A stretch of 64,000 bases of DNA from an uncultured delta proteobacterium (GTDB lineage Bacteria > Desulfobacterota > Binatia > UBA9968). Position numbers and translations under genes: made by a program. Position 1 is the stretch's first letter, and every line of letters begins with the position of its first letter. Where the stretch lies: contig CAWDPO010000030.1 of NCBI GenBank assembly GCA_963804165.1, forward strand, positions 93,057 through 157,056, read 5' to 3'. Below, piece by piece: positions 11,601 through 21,284 of this stretch. The notes under the pieces are model-generated. The model saw only the letters and a program-made list of their open reading frames with translations, searched no databases and had not been told where the DNA came from.

Positions 11601-11747
11601 TCACAGCATGCGGTAATTGCGCACCGAGAAATAGATCAAAGCCACGACGACGACTACCGATACAATGGGGTGATCTATCACCCAGCCCAGCCCCGGCTCG
11701 AAGACATGCCGAGATAGGTAGTCGATAAATCTATTGACACGATCCAT
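11601..11747 (-). CDS. 48-aa small membrane protein (below the ORF-track cutoff)
   Basis: MDRVNRFIDYLSRHVFEPGLGWVIDHPIVSVVVVVALIYFSVRNYRML; GGGGAG RBS; single hydrophobic helix. Confidence 0.6.
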   Translation of the reverse strand: MDRVNRFIDYLSRHVFEPGLGWVIDHPIVSVVVVVALIYFSVRNYRML

Positions 11748-12108
11748 TCTTCTCCCCTTCCATAAACCACTTACTTATAACAAAACTACGCGTCGGCGGA
11801 AAACTGATTTTTTGGGTTCGAATATGCCATTTGGGCTAGATCTTGATGCCATCAACAACGATCAATTAGCAATTATAACACTTCCCGAGTTCGAATCCCC
11901 GCGCACCTAAACATCCGAGCTGCCGACCCCACGTGAAGCTCAAAAATTGGGCTTTTGAGGGACTCCAAGTAAGATTTCAGGACAACACTGTTCAATCTTG
12001 CTCACTGTTGGACAAGACTGGCCTAAACGGTCTGCCTACAGGTAGCTTCGCCGACCCAGGACTCTTGGAAAATCAGCACTTTTTAGAATGCAGCGAAAAT
12101 CAGGTTCG

Positions 12109-12123
12109 TGGCATTGCCGTTGC
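12109..12123 (+). promoter_or_regulatory. sigma54 -24/-12 promoter
   Basis: TGGCAT-TGCCG-TTGC, 40 bp upstream of the ATG at 12163. Confidence 0.6.
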
Positions 12124-12162
12124 TCTACGGAGGTAGCATCAAATCCATTGGAGGAGCAAACG

Positions 12163-12312
12163 ATGAAACTTCTGCTTGCAACCATGTTCAAGAAAGTCCC
12201 CGTGAGAGAAACCCAGCAGAGAGCCACCATCTGCAAGCGCTGCGGTACGCGAATCTATTCGCTGAGCTTTTTGAAAAAGCACCTCGAAGCTCACGATAAG
12301 AAAACTCACTAG
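12163..12312 (+). CDS. 49-aa C2H2 zinc-finger protein
   Basis: C-x2-C-x12-H-x3-H (CKRC...HLEAH); GAGGAG RBS. Confidence 0.65.
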   Translation: MKLLLATMFKKVPVRETQQRATICKRCGTRIYSLSFLKKHLEAHDKKTH

Positions 12313-13219
12313 TCATCAATTCTAAGGAGAGAGACAATGGAGATCCCGGTTATTCCCTGGCGGGTGTTCTTTGACACGCTGAGAAAACAGCAATCGAGCA
12401 CCATCGAACTATGGCTGCGGCGATGGTTGTTCACCAATGAGGGGGCGATTCTGGCTGACCAGCGCGTTACGACCGTCAATTAGTCCGATGTTTGTTGACC
12501 GATCGAGATTTGTCGCGGATGGTTTGTCAGCGGCTTCATCGCGAGCATCGCTAAAGTTGACCAGAACCAACGGACACCACCTTCGAATCGCGATGCTACG
12601 AATGTGGCTCACCTTCAGATCGCTATGGCGTAACTCTCCGGAACACGGCTGGCGAACGATCAATCACCGCTGCAGTCATCCGCTCGCTCTTGCGGTCGAT
12701 CCAACGGAAAATGAGCAGCGCGACCTTGAAACCATGTTGGCCGATTGCCCCAACTGCAGTCAATGGACACCGGGCGACGGACCGATCGTCGCAATATTAT
12801 CGAGCGAGGCAAAAGCCGGCCGCGACGATTCCATTTAAATTCTCTGAAGTCCCTCGCATACGCGCGCTCAACGCGAAAAATGATCGAATCAGAATCGACA
12901 CCAATGACGGAGACACCATGGAAGCATTAAGAATTATCAAGCCCACATCGGATCGAAAGCCCTACGTGTGCGGGGCGACGCTCCAGCTTTGCCGCGACTC
13001 GACCGACCGGCGTAGAACTCAGGTGTGTGGCTCTGCTCGCGCCACTGCGGCGCCCGCGGTTTGACTTACGAAGGAGCGTTGCGGCGCAAAGTCCGCCTCG
13101 ACTTGCTCAGCTGGGGCGCGATATTCGAAGGAATGCCCAAACACTGATCGCCGCTGAAACGACGATCGAAACATACCGGTGTTGCAATGAGCCGCGTGCG
13201 TAATGAACACTCGCCTCGG

Positions 13220-13350
13220 CCCAGATGGTCGAGAGCTAGGCGATAGGCGACACGACCGGCGCGGTCATGCCCAGCAACCGAGAAGCGAGGGAAGTCGAGC
13301 CGCTCCCTGACGACCACCATGTCGCGCGCCATAGCCCGCTTTGCAACCAC
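13220..13350 (-). pseudogene. Fragment of a haloacetate dehalogenase-like alpha/beta hydrolase
   Basis: 'KRAMARDMV...FSVAGHDRAGRVAYRLALDH'. Confidence 0.65.
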
Positions 13351-13469
13351 AAAACCGCCGGAAATTGGACCGCAGAGACACAGAGCAAGTAGAGAGAGTT
13401 GAAAATTTTATTGGTGTCTACGCGCCTTGAGATAAGAAATCCGCTCTCAACGTTAGGGAAGTCGAGAAG

Positions 13470-13715
13470 CTACGGCGCAACAGACGCGATCGGCGGCGGT
13501 GCGACCATGGAGCCGACCACGATCGCGAATCCCATAATCACAGCAGCCATGATGATTGCGATTCCGAGGTTGCCTTTTCGCAGCTCCTCCCATTCGTCGA
13601 TAGGTGTCAGCCAAGTGAAGACTTTGAGCAGGATCCAGAGAGAAATCGCCATCGTAATGGCGCCCACCAACCCCCAACCAAAAGCCTTGAGATAGTCCAC
13701 GATTAAGAGAGCCAT
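13470..13715 (-). CDS. DUF350-like small membrane protein
   Basis: Two TM helices with 'TPIDEWEELRKGNLGIAI'; GGAGG RBS. Confidence 0.75.
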   Translation of the reverse strand: MALLIVDYLKAFGWGLVGAITMAISLWILLKVFTWLTPIDEWEELRKGNLGIAIIMAAVIMGFAIVVGSMVAPPPIASVAP

Positions 13716-13803
13716 CCGTTCCTCCGAATGTGTTTTGTAAAATACGCGGGACTCAGAGCCACGAGACTACTCTTGATCGAATCTCGGCGTCAAGCGGTGT
13801 CCA

Positions 13804-13890
13804 ATGGGTGGGACTCCGGATGGTCATGTACGGCATTCGAGCTTTGCCGGCCTGCGGCGTGACAAAGAGGCTTGCCAGATAGTCAGAAAA
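13804..13890 (+). pseudogene. C-terminal remnant of a LigD-type ATP-dependent DNA ligase
   Basis: 'TPDGHVRHSSFAGLRRDK' resembles the LigD terminal motif. Confidence 0.5.
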
Positions 13891-13932
13891 CAGATACTTG
13901 ATTTAGAATCGGATTGGAGGTTTACTGCGCAC

Positions 13933-14265
13933 ATGAACTTACTTGACCTTACATCAGACCAACTAAAACGTGCTGTCTCGATCAAGGAACAAATCGACAA
14001 GCTCAATAAAGAGCTCGTTAGCATTCTCGGTGCGCCAGCTACATCGCGAGCGGCGCCAACTAGAAATCGGCCCATGAGCGCTTCTGTGAAAAAGAAGATT
14101 GCGGCAGCTCAACGGACAAGATGGGCAAAACTTCGACGGTCGAAACCGGCTGTTTCAGCCCGACCTGCGGCCAAGAAGAAAGCATTCACTACGGCCACCC
14201 GGGCGAAGTTGTCGGCTAAATTGAAGGCTTACTGGGCGGCGAAGAAGAAGGCGGGCAAGAAATAA
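13933..14265 (+). CDS. Lys/Ala-rich histone-like putative DNA-binding protein (copy 1)
   Basis: N-terminal coiled coil plus two 'S...K.IAAAQR.RWAK'-type repeats. Confidence 0.7.
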   Translation: MNLLDLTSDQLKRAVSIKEQIDKLNKELVSILGAPATSRAAPTRNRPMSASVKKKIAAAQRTRWAKLRRSKPAVSARPAAKKKAFTTATRAKLSAKLKAYWAAKKKAGKK

Positions 14266-14398
14266 TTTATATTTCTAATTCGGTTGGTAGGCGTATCGGC
14301 TTACGTCGCCCGTATTTTGTTTTGGCTCTATCGGCTATTGCCTTCTTTCGATTTCCTTTTTCCCATACGGAGTCTCCATTCGCTCCGCGCCGGTTGTC

Positions 14399-14578
14399 TT
14401 AATCCCACCGTGATCGAATCCAGAATGTCGCCAGAAGCACTGCGGCCAATATCCCAGCAAGCAACCAGTGGATGCCATAACGCGGTAGGTAGTATGCCTC
14501 AACCAGGCCAATACCGTAGAGCGTCGAAATTATAGACGTACGTCTGATGCGGTCACGCCACTTCACTCTCTGATTCAT
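14399..14578 (-). CDS. Small membrane protein
   Basis: 59 aa, hydrophobic C-terminus, GGAG RBS. Confidence 0.4.
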   Translation of the reverse strand: MNQRVKWRDRIRRTSIISTLYGIGLVEAYYLPRYGIHWLLAGILAAVLLATFWIRSRWD

Positions 14579-14982
14579 TACATTTTCTCCGGTTGATTCC
14601 GATAGCAACGTTCTGCCGGGACGGTTTTAGCAATTACCAGACATGTTCCGTTTTTTAATCTCCAGGTCAAATGCAGCGAACCCCAAATTTTTCGAGTGCC
14701 TGCCCGAGGGCGCGCAGTTGACGCGCATACTCTTCGAGACCTGATCTGAGTTCTCCACTGCGCAATCATCATTTTGACTAGCACGGTTCGCTCTCATTTT
14801 TCGCTCCGGATGCTGCACCGGGAATGGCCCTTCGCCGGTTACGGGCGGCGACTTATTTCATTAGCAAAGTCATGGCCGCTTTATGCTACGTTCCTCTGAC
14901 GTGCAGAATAGGCAATGTGAGCAAATTGCCCGTCCAGACTTGTGGCTGCTGGTGTTGTTATCACGATCAGCCAGTTCAGCGT

Positions 14983-15171
14983 TTAGGCGCTGCACGAAAA
15001 TGGTGCTGTCACGCACTCAAGTACTCTTGTCCAGCCTTGTGCCAAATTGGCTCCGACGTTCGTATTTCGCACTCCCATCCAAAAAACTAAAGCAACTAGA
15101 ACGACAACCAACGTATACTCAACAAGGCCCTGTCCGTCGTCTTCCCAGCAAAGTCTCTTCAAAATGTTCAT
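14983..15171 (-). CDS. flp: Flp/Fap pilin
   Basis: 'EDDG|QGLVEY' prepilin cleavage motif plus hydrophobic helix; AGGAGG RBS. Confidence 0.9.
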   Translation of the reverse strand: MNILKRLCWEDDGQGLVEYTLVVVLVALVFWMGVRNTNVGANLAQGWTRVLECVTAPFSCSA

Positions 15172-15225
15172 CTCACACCTCCTAACTAGGTTTTTGCGCG
15201 CCTATAAAAAATTCAGACGTTAGTC

Positions 15226-15262
15226 AAAAAAAAACCGGCTACAGAATCTCTGTTGCCGGTTT
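15226..15262 (-). terminator. Intrinsic terminator (riboswitch expression platform)
   Basis: ACCGGCAACAGAG-A-TTCTGTAGCCGGT followed by a long T tract; overlaps the aptamer 3' strand. Confidence 0.8.
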
Positions 15263-15322
15263 CACCACTCGCTCCCCGATCCCCTTGGTGACCACGTTGG
15301 GGTATCAGTTCATTGCGTCAAC
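15252..15322 (-). promoter_or_regulatory. c-di-GMP-II riboswitch aptamer
   Basis: GUUGACGCAAUGAA, stem CUGAUACCCC/GGGGAUCGG, loop UGGUCAC pairing with GUGAAACC, GGAGCGAGUGGUGAAACCGGCAAC; matches the class II layout as I know it. Confidence 0.8.
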
Positions 15323-15341
15323 GTCCTTACGGTGTCACAGC

Positions 15342-15357
15342 GCACGGATTGTGCCAA
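15342..15357 (-). promoter_or_regulatory. sigma54 promoter for riboswitch-flp
   Basis: TTGGCAC-AATCC-GTGC; predicted +1 lies just before the aptamer. Confidence 0.65.
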
Positions 15358-15795
15358 GGAGCGTGCTGCAACGCATTGGAGCGTTGACACCCATATGTTG
15401 ACAACTCAATCTACTTCCAATCGCATACGCGTGTCAGTTGACAAACACATTGGCGGTGATGTCGTGTCATAAATATTTAAAGTTCTGCGGCCGAACTCCA
15501 TTTCTTTCTTTGGAACGATGTAGCGATCAACATCCGCAGCGGTGATGGGCTCGCGAGCCGTCCTCGGTGACAGTGCTACCTGCGGCCGCGGGTTTCCTGG
15601 TAGGAATTTGTCCTCTGCTTCATTGCTTATCCAAATGTCACCGGACAAAACTTCGTAGGCTCGGTAATTTTAGCGCCTACTGCCGAATCTCATTCACACT
15701 AAACGCTCGTAATGTTGATGATTGAGCTATGGCATGGTTGCTGCGTTGGCCTCCGCTCACAAAGCCACACTGGTGGCAAAAACAAAGGAGAGATT

Positions 15796-16113
15796 ATGAA
15801 TATTTTGAAGCTACAACGGGTCGTGCCGGCACTCATGGTCACCTGCGCATTGGGGCTGACAGCATCGCCTGCTTTGGCCAAGAAGGAAGGCAAGACCAAA
15901 ATCAAGAGCAGCGAAAAGACCACGGAAAAGGAAAACTCTGGTCGTCAAGCTGGAGAGCTGCCTTCCGGTTTGCAGAAATACTCGGAGAAAAAAGGCCAGC
16001 TTCCATCCGGGTTGCAAAAAAAGAAGGATGAAGACGGCCTACTAACCAAAGGCCTCACGAGTGGTGGCAAAAAACTTGAGTCTACCGCCAAAAGCTCTAA
16101 ACCTTCCAAGTAA
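15796..16113 (+). CDS. Secreted Lys-rich protein with LPSGLQK repeats
   Basis: Signal peptide ending in ALA; two LPSGLQK motifs; sigma54-like TGGCAT-N5-CTGC at 15730. Confidence 0.7.
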   Translation: MNILKLQRVVPALMVTCALGLTASPALAKKEGKTKIKSSEKTTEKENSGRQAGELPSGLQKYSEKKGQLPSGLQKKKDEDGLLTKGLTSGGKKLESTAKSSKPSK

Positions 16114-16228
16114 TCCCCCCTATCGGGGCGGTGAGCAGTTATTTTCGGACAACTGCAATACCCGCCCCGCCCTTCTCACACGCGTGAGCGGTTGATTTAA
16201 AACCGCATTGAATGTATTTACTGCCGAC

Positions 16229-16561
16229 ATGAATTTACTTGACCTTACACCCGCGCAACTGAAACGTGCTGCCTATATCAAGGAACAAATCGACAAGCTT
16301 AATAAAGAGCTCGGTAGCATCCTCGGTGCGCCAGCTACATCGCGAGCGGCGCCAACGAGAAATCGGCCCATGAGCGCTTCTGTGAAAAAGAAGATTGCGG
16401 CAGCTCAAAGGACAAGATGGGCAAAACTTCGACGGTCGAAACCGGCTGTTTCAGCCCGACCTGCGGCCAAGAAGAAAGCATTCAGCACTGCCACCCGGGC
16501 GAAGTTGTCGGCTAAATTGAAAGCTTACTGGGCGGCGAAGAAGAGGTCGGGCAAGAAGTAG
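16229..16561 (+). CDS. Histone-like putative DNA-binding protein (copy 2)
   Basis: 8 aa differences in 110 versus 13933-14265. Confidence 0.7.
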   Translation: MNLLDLTPAQLKRAAYIKEQIDKLNKELGSILGAPATSRAAPTRNRPMSASVKKKIAAAQRTRWAKLRRSKPAVSARPAAKKKAFSTATRAKLSAKLKAYWAAKKRSGKK

Positions 16562-17050
16562 TCTATAGACTTGCTGTCTCCTCTCTCACGCATCAGCGTG
16601 CCAGCGGATAAAACGCATTAATCAAGAATAGTGGTGAAGCTTCAGGATGGGTCATGCCGCAAGGCTTGGCCCATTTTTTTTGCTCAAACAGTTCGGCGAT
16701 CCGATGGTCAAAAGTGGCTCTTGACGGGGCACGGTGTAAACGTCGCCGTGCCGACAAGTAGGCGGCAATCTCAACCAATGGGACTCTTCAAACCGATACA
16801 TAAGTATCATCCTTTTTTTCTCTACTTGAGTTTTTCTAACAAGTTCACCATCTTCAAGCATTGCCAACAATAGTATGTATATATCACCAGCCGAAAACGA
16901 AATTGATTATCAATCAAGTTGCCGGGGGAGATTGACAGCCCCAGCCCCTCGCCGATGATTCGTGCTAATTTTCGCAATGTACGTTTGATGCTTTATCCAG
17001 TGAAAGCTTGCGGCATAGCTGAGGACGGGCATGCCAAACCAAACCAAGCA

Positions 17051-17160
17051 ACACGAGGATTAAGGATTCTCAGCACGTGTAACCACGAGAAATCACAATT
17101 GAAGTTCTCTGGTTTGCCATCACTTTGCCATAAGAAAAAAACCCGTGAGTTCGAATCTAT
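17051..17160. repeat. att-like site A with arm repeats
   Basis: GAGGA-TTAAGGA-TTCTC (17055-17071); TTTGCCA at 17113 and 17124. Confidence 0.65.
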
Positions 17161-17291
17161 CCACCATTGGTAGATCGAATCAGCCAAATCAGACAGAATC
17201 CCGCCTTGTTGGGTTGTGGCGTCGACCAAATTACGTCCTTGTCCGAGGCAGTCGGGTTGACACGTATGAAGATAATGACAAGGTATTTCTC

Positions 17292-17737
17292 ATGTCCATC
17301 AAGAACATGCTTCTGCAGGGTGCGACACTTGTCTCGCTCTTACTCGGGGTCTCGGCATGTGCGAGTCAGAGGCCGGTGCTATCTTCCAATGAACACCTGA
17401 TGCGCATGGGTGCTGAGGTCGGGGAACGGGACATCGACGAGTGTATAGCACGCGCCGAAGCGACGTCGACCGAGAGTGGAAATGCTGCCAAAGGGAATGT
17501 GGTCGCCGGTGCAGCGACTAGCAGTGTTGTGGGCGCGGCGCAGGGGGTGCCGGTGGTGCGATTGTTGGACGGGCGGGTCAAGGTGCCGCAGCAGGCGCAG
17601 TAGGCGGAGTAGCGGGTAGCCTTACGCACGCACTATTGCAGGGATTGTTCCGATCTAAACCGCCGCAGCCATCCAATCAGCAATTCGTGGACAATTGCCT
17701 CCGCCAAAAAGGGTACGAGCCTGCTGGGTGGAAATAA
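17292..17737 (+). CDS. Glycine-zipper lipoprotein, one frameshift near 17545
   Basis: Lipobox 'VSAC', 'DIDEC', Gly zipper, C-terminal 'CLRQKGYEPAGWK'. Confidence 0.75.
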
Positions 17738-17844
17738 TTAATCATTGGTACACCCCTCCGCTCTGGTCACTTCTTAGCCACCAACAGCACGAACCAACAC
17801 AATTCAAAGGAAAAGTCTCTGGTCATGCGCTACACTCCAGAGCA

Positions 17845-18330
17845 TGGCAAGGCATCCCCGGCAAATCCGATCCATCAGGCAATCAGAATGCTTTCCGCTA
17901 CGGTCTGGGATCTCCCAGCGCCGCGTTAACGGCGCGCTCAATTCCCACTGAACAGTCAATCCGAGAAGAAGTCCTGGCAGGCTTGCTCGCCGATAAGGGC
18001 GGTGAGGCGCAGATCAGCACCACCATGCGCGTGCTGCCGAGATCATCGCGAGCGACGTGTCACTGCTGGTCACCGTCAACCAGGCGATCTAGGGCGTCAT
18101 CCAGAATAATCAGAAAGCGAAGACAAAATCCCAAGGCGCTAGCCCAATTGGACGGCTACAAAAGACCGCTGGTCGGCGCGTTGTCGGCGAATCTCCAGCG
18201 GTTCGGCATGGAAAAGGTCGCCAAATTGGAGTCGTTTCAAGAGATTATCGCCGAAGATGACCGAGGACGATGGGACCAGCGAAAATTCACACCAAACCAC
18301 TCCAATTACGAAGGCAGATGCAGACAATGA
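17845..18330 (+). pseudogene. Degenerate paralog of 22138-22638
   Basis: Shared 'GNQNAFR', 'EQSIREE', 'LDGYKRPLVG' segments with indels. Confidence 0.65.
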
Positions 18331-18441
18331 TGGGGGTGACCAGCTTTTACCCTCTTCATTCGATTATGGACAACTATATGAAATATCTAACAAGGCGAAC
18401 GGAGGGATAGACAAAAATTTTAGCTATGTCATTCTGATGGC

Positions 18442-18630
18442 ATGGCCAACAAAGCAAAGAAAAGAATTGCAAAGTCGAAAAGAACGGCTACCGACTGGGG
18501 GATAGGCCAGCCGTTAGCCTTCCCTAAGGCAAAAAACCTCACCGCCATTGATCGGCTGGCGCAAGAAGTCGTGGAAGAAGCCATGAGGGGCCCCTTCAAA
18601 CCCAAACGACCAAAGCTGAAGAAAAAGTAG
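18442..18630 (+). CDS. Small basic hypothetical protein
   Basis: 62-aa Lys/Arg-rich ORF. Confidence 0.4.
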   Translation: MANKAKKRIAKSKRTATDWGIGQPLAFPKAKNLTAIDRLAQEVVEEAMRGPFKPKRPKLKKK

Positions 18631-18905
18631 CTTCTAATCTCACCGGTGGTGGTGTGTCTTGCCATCCCGCCACGCCTGTAATGCAGGTGTGCCGCGGGCA
18701 ATCAATCCTCATCCCGGAACGACAGGTGCAGACCAGCGCTCCTCACAGAGTCTTTCAGGTAACTCACCTGAGATCCTATTTAGGCAAGCAAAACGTTGAA
18801 GGCCAGCAGTGAAACGGCGTAATTCTTAATGTGTCGGCGTGCAATCGCTCGACGGCAAACAACTGAGCGAGCTTTATACGAAGATGTTCCTACTAGTTAT
18901 ACGTC

Positions 18906-19256
18906 ATGAAACAGACATACAAAGGTTCGTGTCACTGCGGTAAAGTTCAGTTCGAAGTTGACGTTGATCTCGATCATGTCCGAGTTTGTGACTGCTCAAT
19001 ATGTCGTCGAAGAGGTGCCCTTATTCATCGTGTCGAAGAACAAGATTTTCGTCTGTTAACGCCGATCGAAGAGCTTTCTCTTTACCAGTGGCATACGAAG
19101 ACCGCCAAAGACTATTTCTGTCCTGACTGCGGTATCTTACCGTTCCGTCGTCCGCGTACAGCTCCAGAACTGTGGGATGTCAATGTTCGTTGTCTCGAAG
19201 GTGTCGAGCTATCGTCTATTCCCATCAGGTACGTTTATGGAAGCCGGTTGGACTGA
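18906..19256 (+). CDS. GFA/CENP-V family protein (gene cassette)
   Basis: 'GSCHCG', 'CDCSICRR', 'FCPDCG', 'VNVRCL'. Confidence 0.9.
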   Translation: MKQTYKGSCHCGKVQFEVDVDLDHVRVCDCSICRRRGALIHRVEEQDFRLLTPIEELSLYQWHTKTAKDYFCPDCGILPFRRPRTAPELWDVNVRCLEGVELSSIPIRYVYGSRLD

Positions 19257-19265
19257 GAGGGTGGC

Positions 19266-19346
19266 GTATAACATGCGCCTTGAGACAGATCTTCGGACCC
19301 GCTCGCAAAGATCGCGGGCCTCGGCTGCTCAGCCTCCGCGTCACAA
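19266..19346 (+). other. Integron attC-like site
   Basis: R'' GTATAAC is the exact complement of GTTATAC at 18896; CTTGAG/CTCAG L boxes; central stem; degenerate R' GTCACAA. Confidence 0.65.
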
Positions 19347-19364
19347 CGAGTTGGAGAATGAACC

Positions 19365-20297
19365 GTGGCGCCAAAACCAAAGAGGAGTGATCTCGAGCAA
19401 GCGACCGGGAAACCCGCTTCCCGGCTCATCGACCAGCGGATCCGCGATCTAGGGGGATGGCGCGGGGAGACCCTGGCCCGCATGCGGGCGCTGATCCTGG
19501 AAGCCGACCCCGAGATGACCGAGGAGTGGAAGTGGATGGGCACTCCGGTCTGGTCGCACCACGGGATCGTCTGCACCGGGGAGGCGTACACGAAGGTCGT
19601 GAAGCTCACGTTCGCCCGGGGGGCCAGGATCCCAGACCCATCGCGCCTCTTCAATTCCAGCTTGGAAGGCAACACGCGAAGGGCGATCGACATCCACGAA
19701 GGGGAGAAGGTCGACGCGGGCGCGTTCAAGGCGCTCGTGAAGGCCGCGGTGGCCCAGAATGGCCCGCCGGGTCCCGTGCACATGCCTGGCAAGGCGAAGC
19801 CGAAGGCCAGGAGCACGTCGCGTGCAACAAAGCCGGGAAAGGCGACCACCAAGGGCAAGGGACCGTCGAGGGTAGGCGCGAAGGCCAAGCCGTTGAAACT
19901 CCTTTCAGGCGGCAATCCGCAAATCGCGAAGGCCGACGGCGACGCCCCGGTGCAGGCGTACATCGCCGCGATGCCGGGCTGGAAGCGCGCCATTGGGAAG
20001 CGCCTCGACGCGCTCATCGTGCGCAACGTGCCCAACGTGCGCAAGGCCGTGAAGTGGAACTCGCCCTTGTACGGCATCGAAGGCCAGGGCTTGTTCCTGG
20101 GGTTCCACACCTTCACGCACTACGTCAAGGTGACCTTCTTCCGCGGCACGTCGCTGCGACCCGTTCCACCCGGAGGCACGGGCAAGGACGCGCGCTGGAT
20201 CGACATCCACGAGGACGATCTCGACGAGGCGCAGATGGCGACCTGGGTGAAGCAGGCGGCCGCGTTGCCCGGCTGGGTTCCTGGCCGACCGTCCTGA
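19365..20297 (+). CDS. Tandem DUF1801 (YdhG-like) protein
   Basis: Two domains with 'EEWKWMGTPVW' and 'KAVKWNSPLY'; markedly GC-rich. Confidence 0.85.
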   Translation: MAPKPKRSDLEQATGKPASRLIDQRIRDLGGWRGETLARMRALILEADPEMTEEWKWMGTPVWSHHGIVCTGEAYTKVVKLTFARGARIPDPSRLFNSSLEGNTRRAIDIHEGEKVDAGAFKALVKAAVAQNGPPGPVHMPGKAKPKARSTSRATKPGKATTKGKGPSRVGAKAKPLKLLSGGNPQIAKADGDAPVQAYIAAMPGWKRAIGKRLDALIVRNVPNVRKAVKWNSPLYGIEGQGLFLGFHTFTHYVKVTFFRGTSLRPVPPGGTGKDARWIDIHEDDLDEAQMATWVKQAAALPGWVPGRPS

Positions 20298-20414
20298 GGC
20301 AACGCCCGGAGCAGACCCGCCTCACCTGTTGGAGCAAGAACGAATTTGATTCTCAATCAAGTGCCCACCTGCGGGCACAGTGCCGATCATTCGGAGTGCA
20401 AAACGTGATCGCGT

Positions 20415-20921
20415 TTATTCGTAGATTCGATTTGTTAAAACATGCACGTACGAAATTTTATTTTCAGCCGTAGGAAAAATATTGATCTCGTAAATGCCCG
20501 GCAGATTCCGCCATCTGGTGACGGCCTGATTAGATAAATCACCTGTCGCATTCTTATCCAAGCCAAGATCTCCCAGTAGCGTCCATCCGTCCTTGGGGTA
20601 GGAATAGTCCAGATATTTTCCGCTCAATTTTTGCACCCATATCGTCAGATACCTTGCTCCACCTTCCAAATACGTGACCTCAATGGCCCCGTTCGTATAG
20701 GCTGCTCTTATCGCGGGATAGGTGGTGCCTCGGGTACCTCTAAAAATGTCGTCTACGAGTTTGGATGGTTGACCTAAAATCTTTTCCACATCTGGACGAG
20801 GCCTATCAGCCACCTGTTTCAAATCGAGGAGAAGTTTTTCCTGCGCAGCGGAATGGCCAATCACAAAAAACACGGGCAACAATCCTATAATGACGATTTC
20901 CTTCAACCCTATAAAATTCAT
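20415..20921 (-). CDS. Secreted hypothetical protein
   Basis: 168 aa, signal peptide, GGAGG RBS. Confidence 0.6.
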   Translation of the reverse strand: MNFIGLKEIVIIGLLPVFFVIGHSAAQEKLLLDLKQVADRPRPDVEKILGQPSKLVDDIFRGTRGTTYPAIRAAYTNGAIEVTYLEGGARYLTIWVQKLSGKYLDYSYPKDGWTLLGDLGLDKNATGDLSNQAVTRWRNLPGIYEINIFPTAENKISYVHVLTNRIYE

Positions 20922-21032
20922 CTCTTGTCACCTCCGATAACGCGAGAGACCTCCTTTATTTGACGAACGGGAAGCGGCACGACATTCATGACGTCGATAA
21001 CCAGATCGACACGTTACAGATTGAAAGCAGAT

Positions 21033-21150
21033 GATACGAGGATTCAGGATTCTCGTAGCATCTCTAAGCACAAGAGAACACAAGAGAATTTTTTAACTTT
21101 GCTACTACTTTGCCAGTAAAATAATCGGCATCAATTCGAATCCATCCAAG
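21033..21150. repeat. att-like site B with arm repeats
   Basis: GAGGA-TTCAGGA-TTCTC (21038-21054); TTTGCTA at 21098 and TTTGCCA at 21109. Confidence 0.65.
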
Positions 21151-21284
21151 ACTGAGAGAACGAAAGGGGCCTTATTCGAGCAGAAACTCTGAGGGAGTCG
21201 CAGGATCGAATTCAACGACGCCTCAGGCAAATCTTACAGGATTTGTTAGGGGGGAAGAATACAATTCAAACAATTCAATTACAG

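Noticed and set aside
11884-11905. GAGTTCGAATC T-loop-like motifs here and at about 17147
   Set aside because: No cloverleaf. The 17147 copy belongs to the arm-end module; the 11884 copy is too short to call an att site.
18702-18767. 21-aa minus-strand peptide faintly resembling an IntI N-terminus, divergent from the GFA cassette
   Set aside because: Too short and needs a gap to align; cannot be supported without a search.
19235-20473. Long overlapping and antisense ORFs over DUF1801 and other GC-rich genes
   Set aside because: Shadow ORFs of GC-rich coding sequence with no recognisable motifs.
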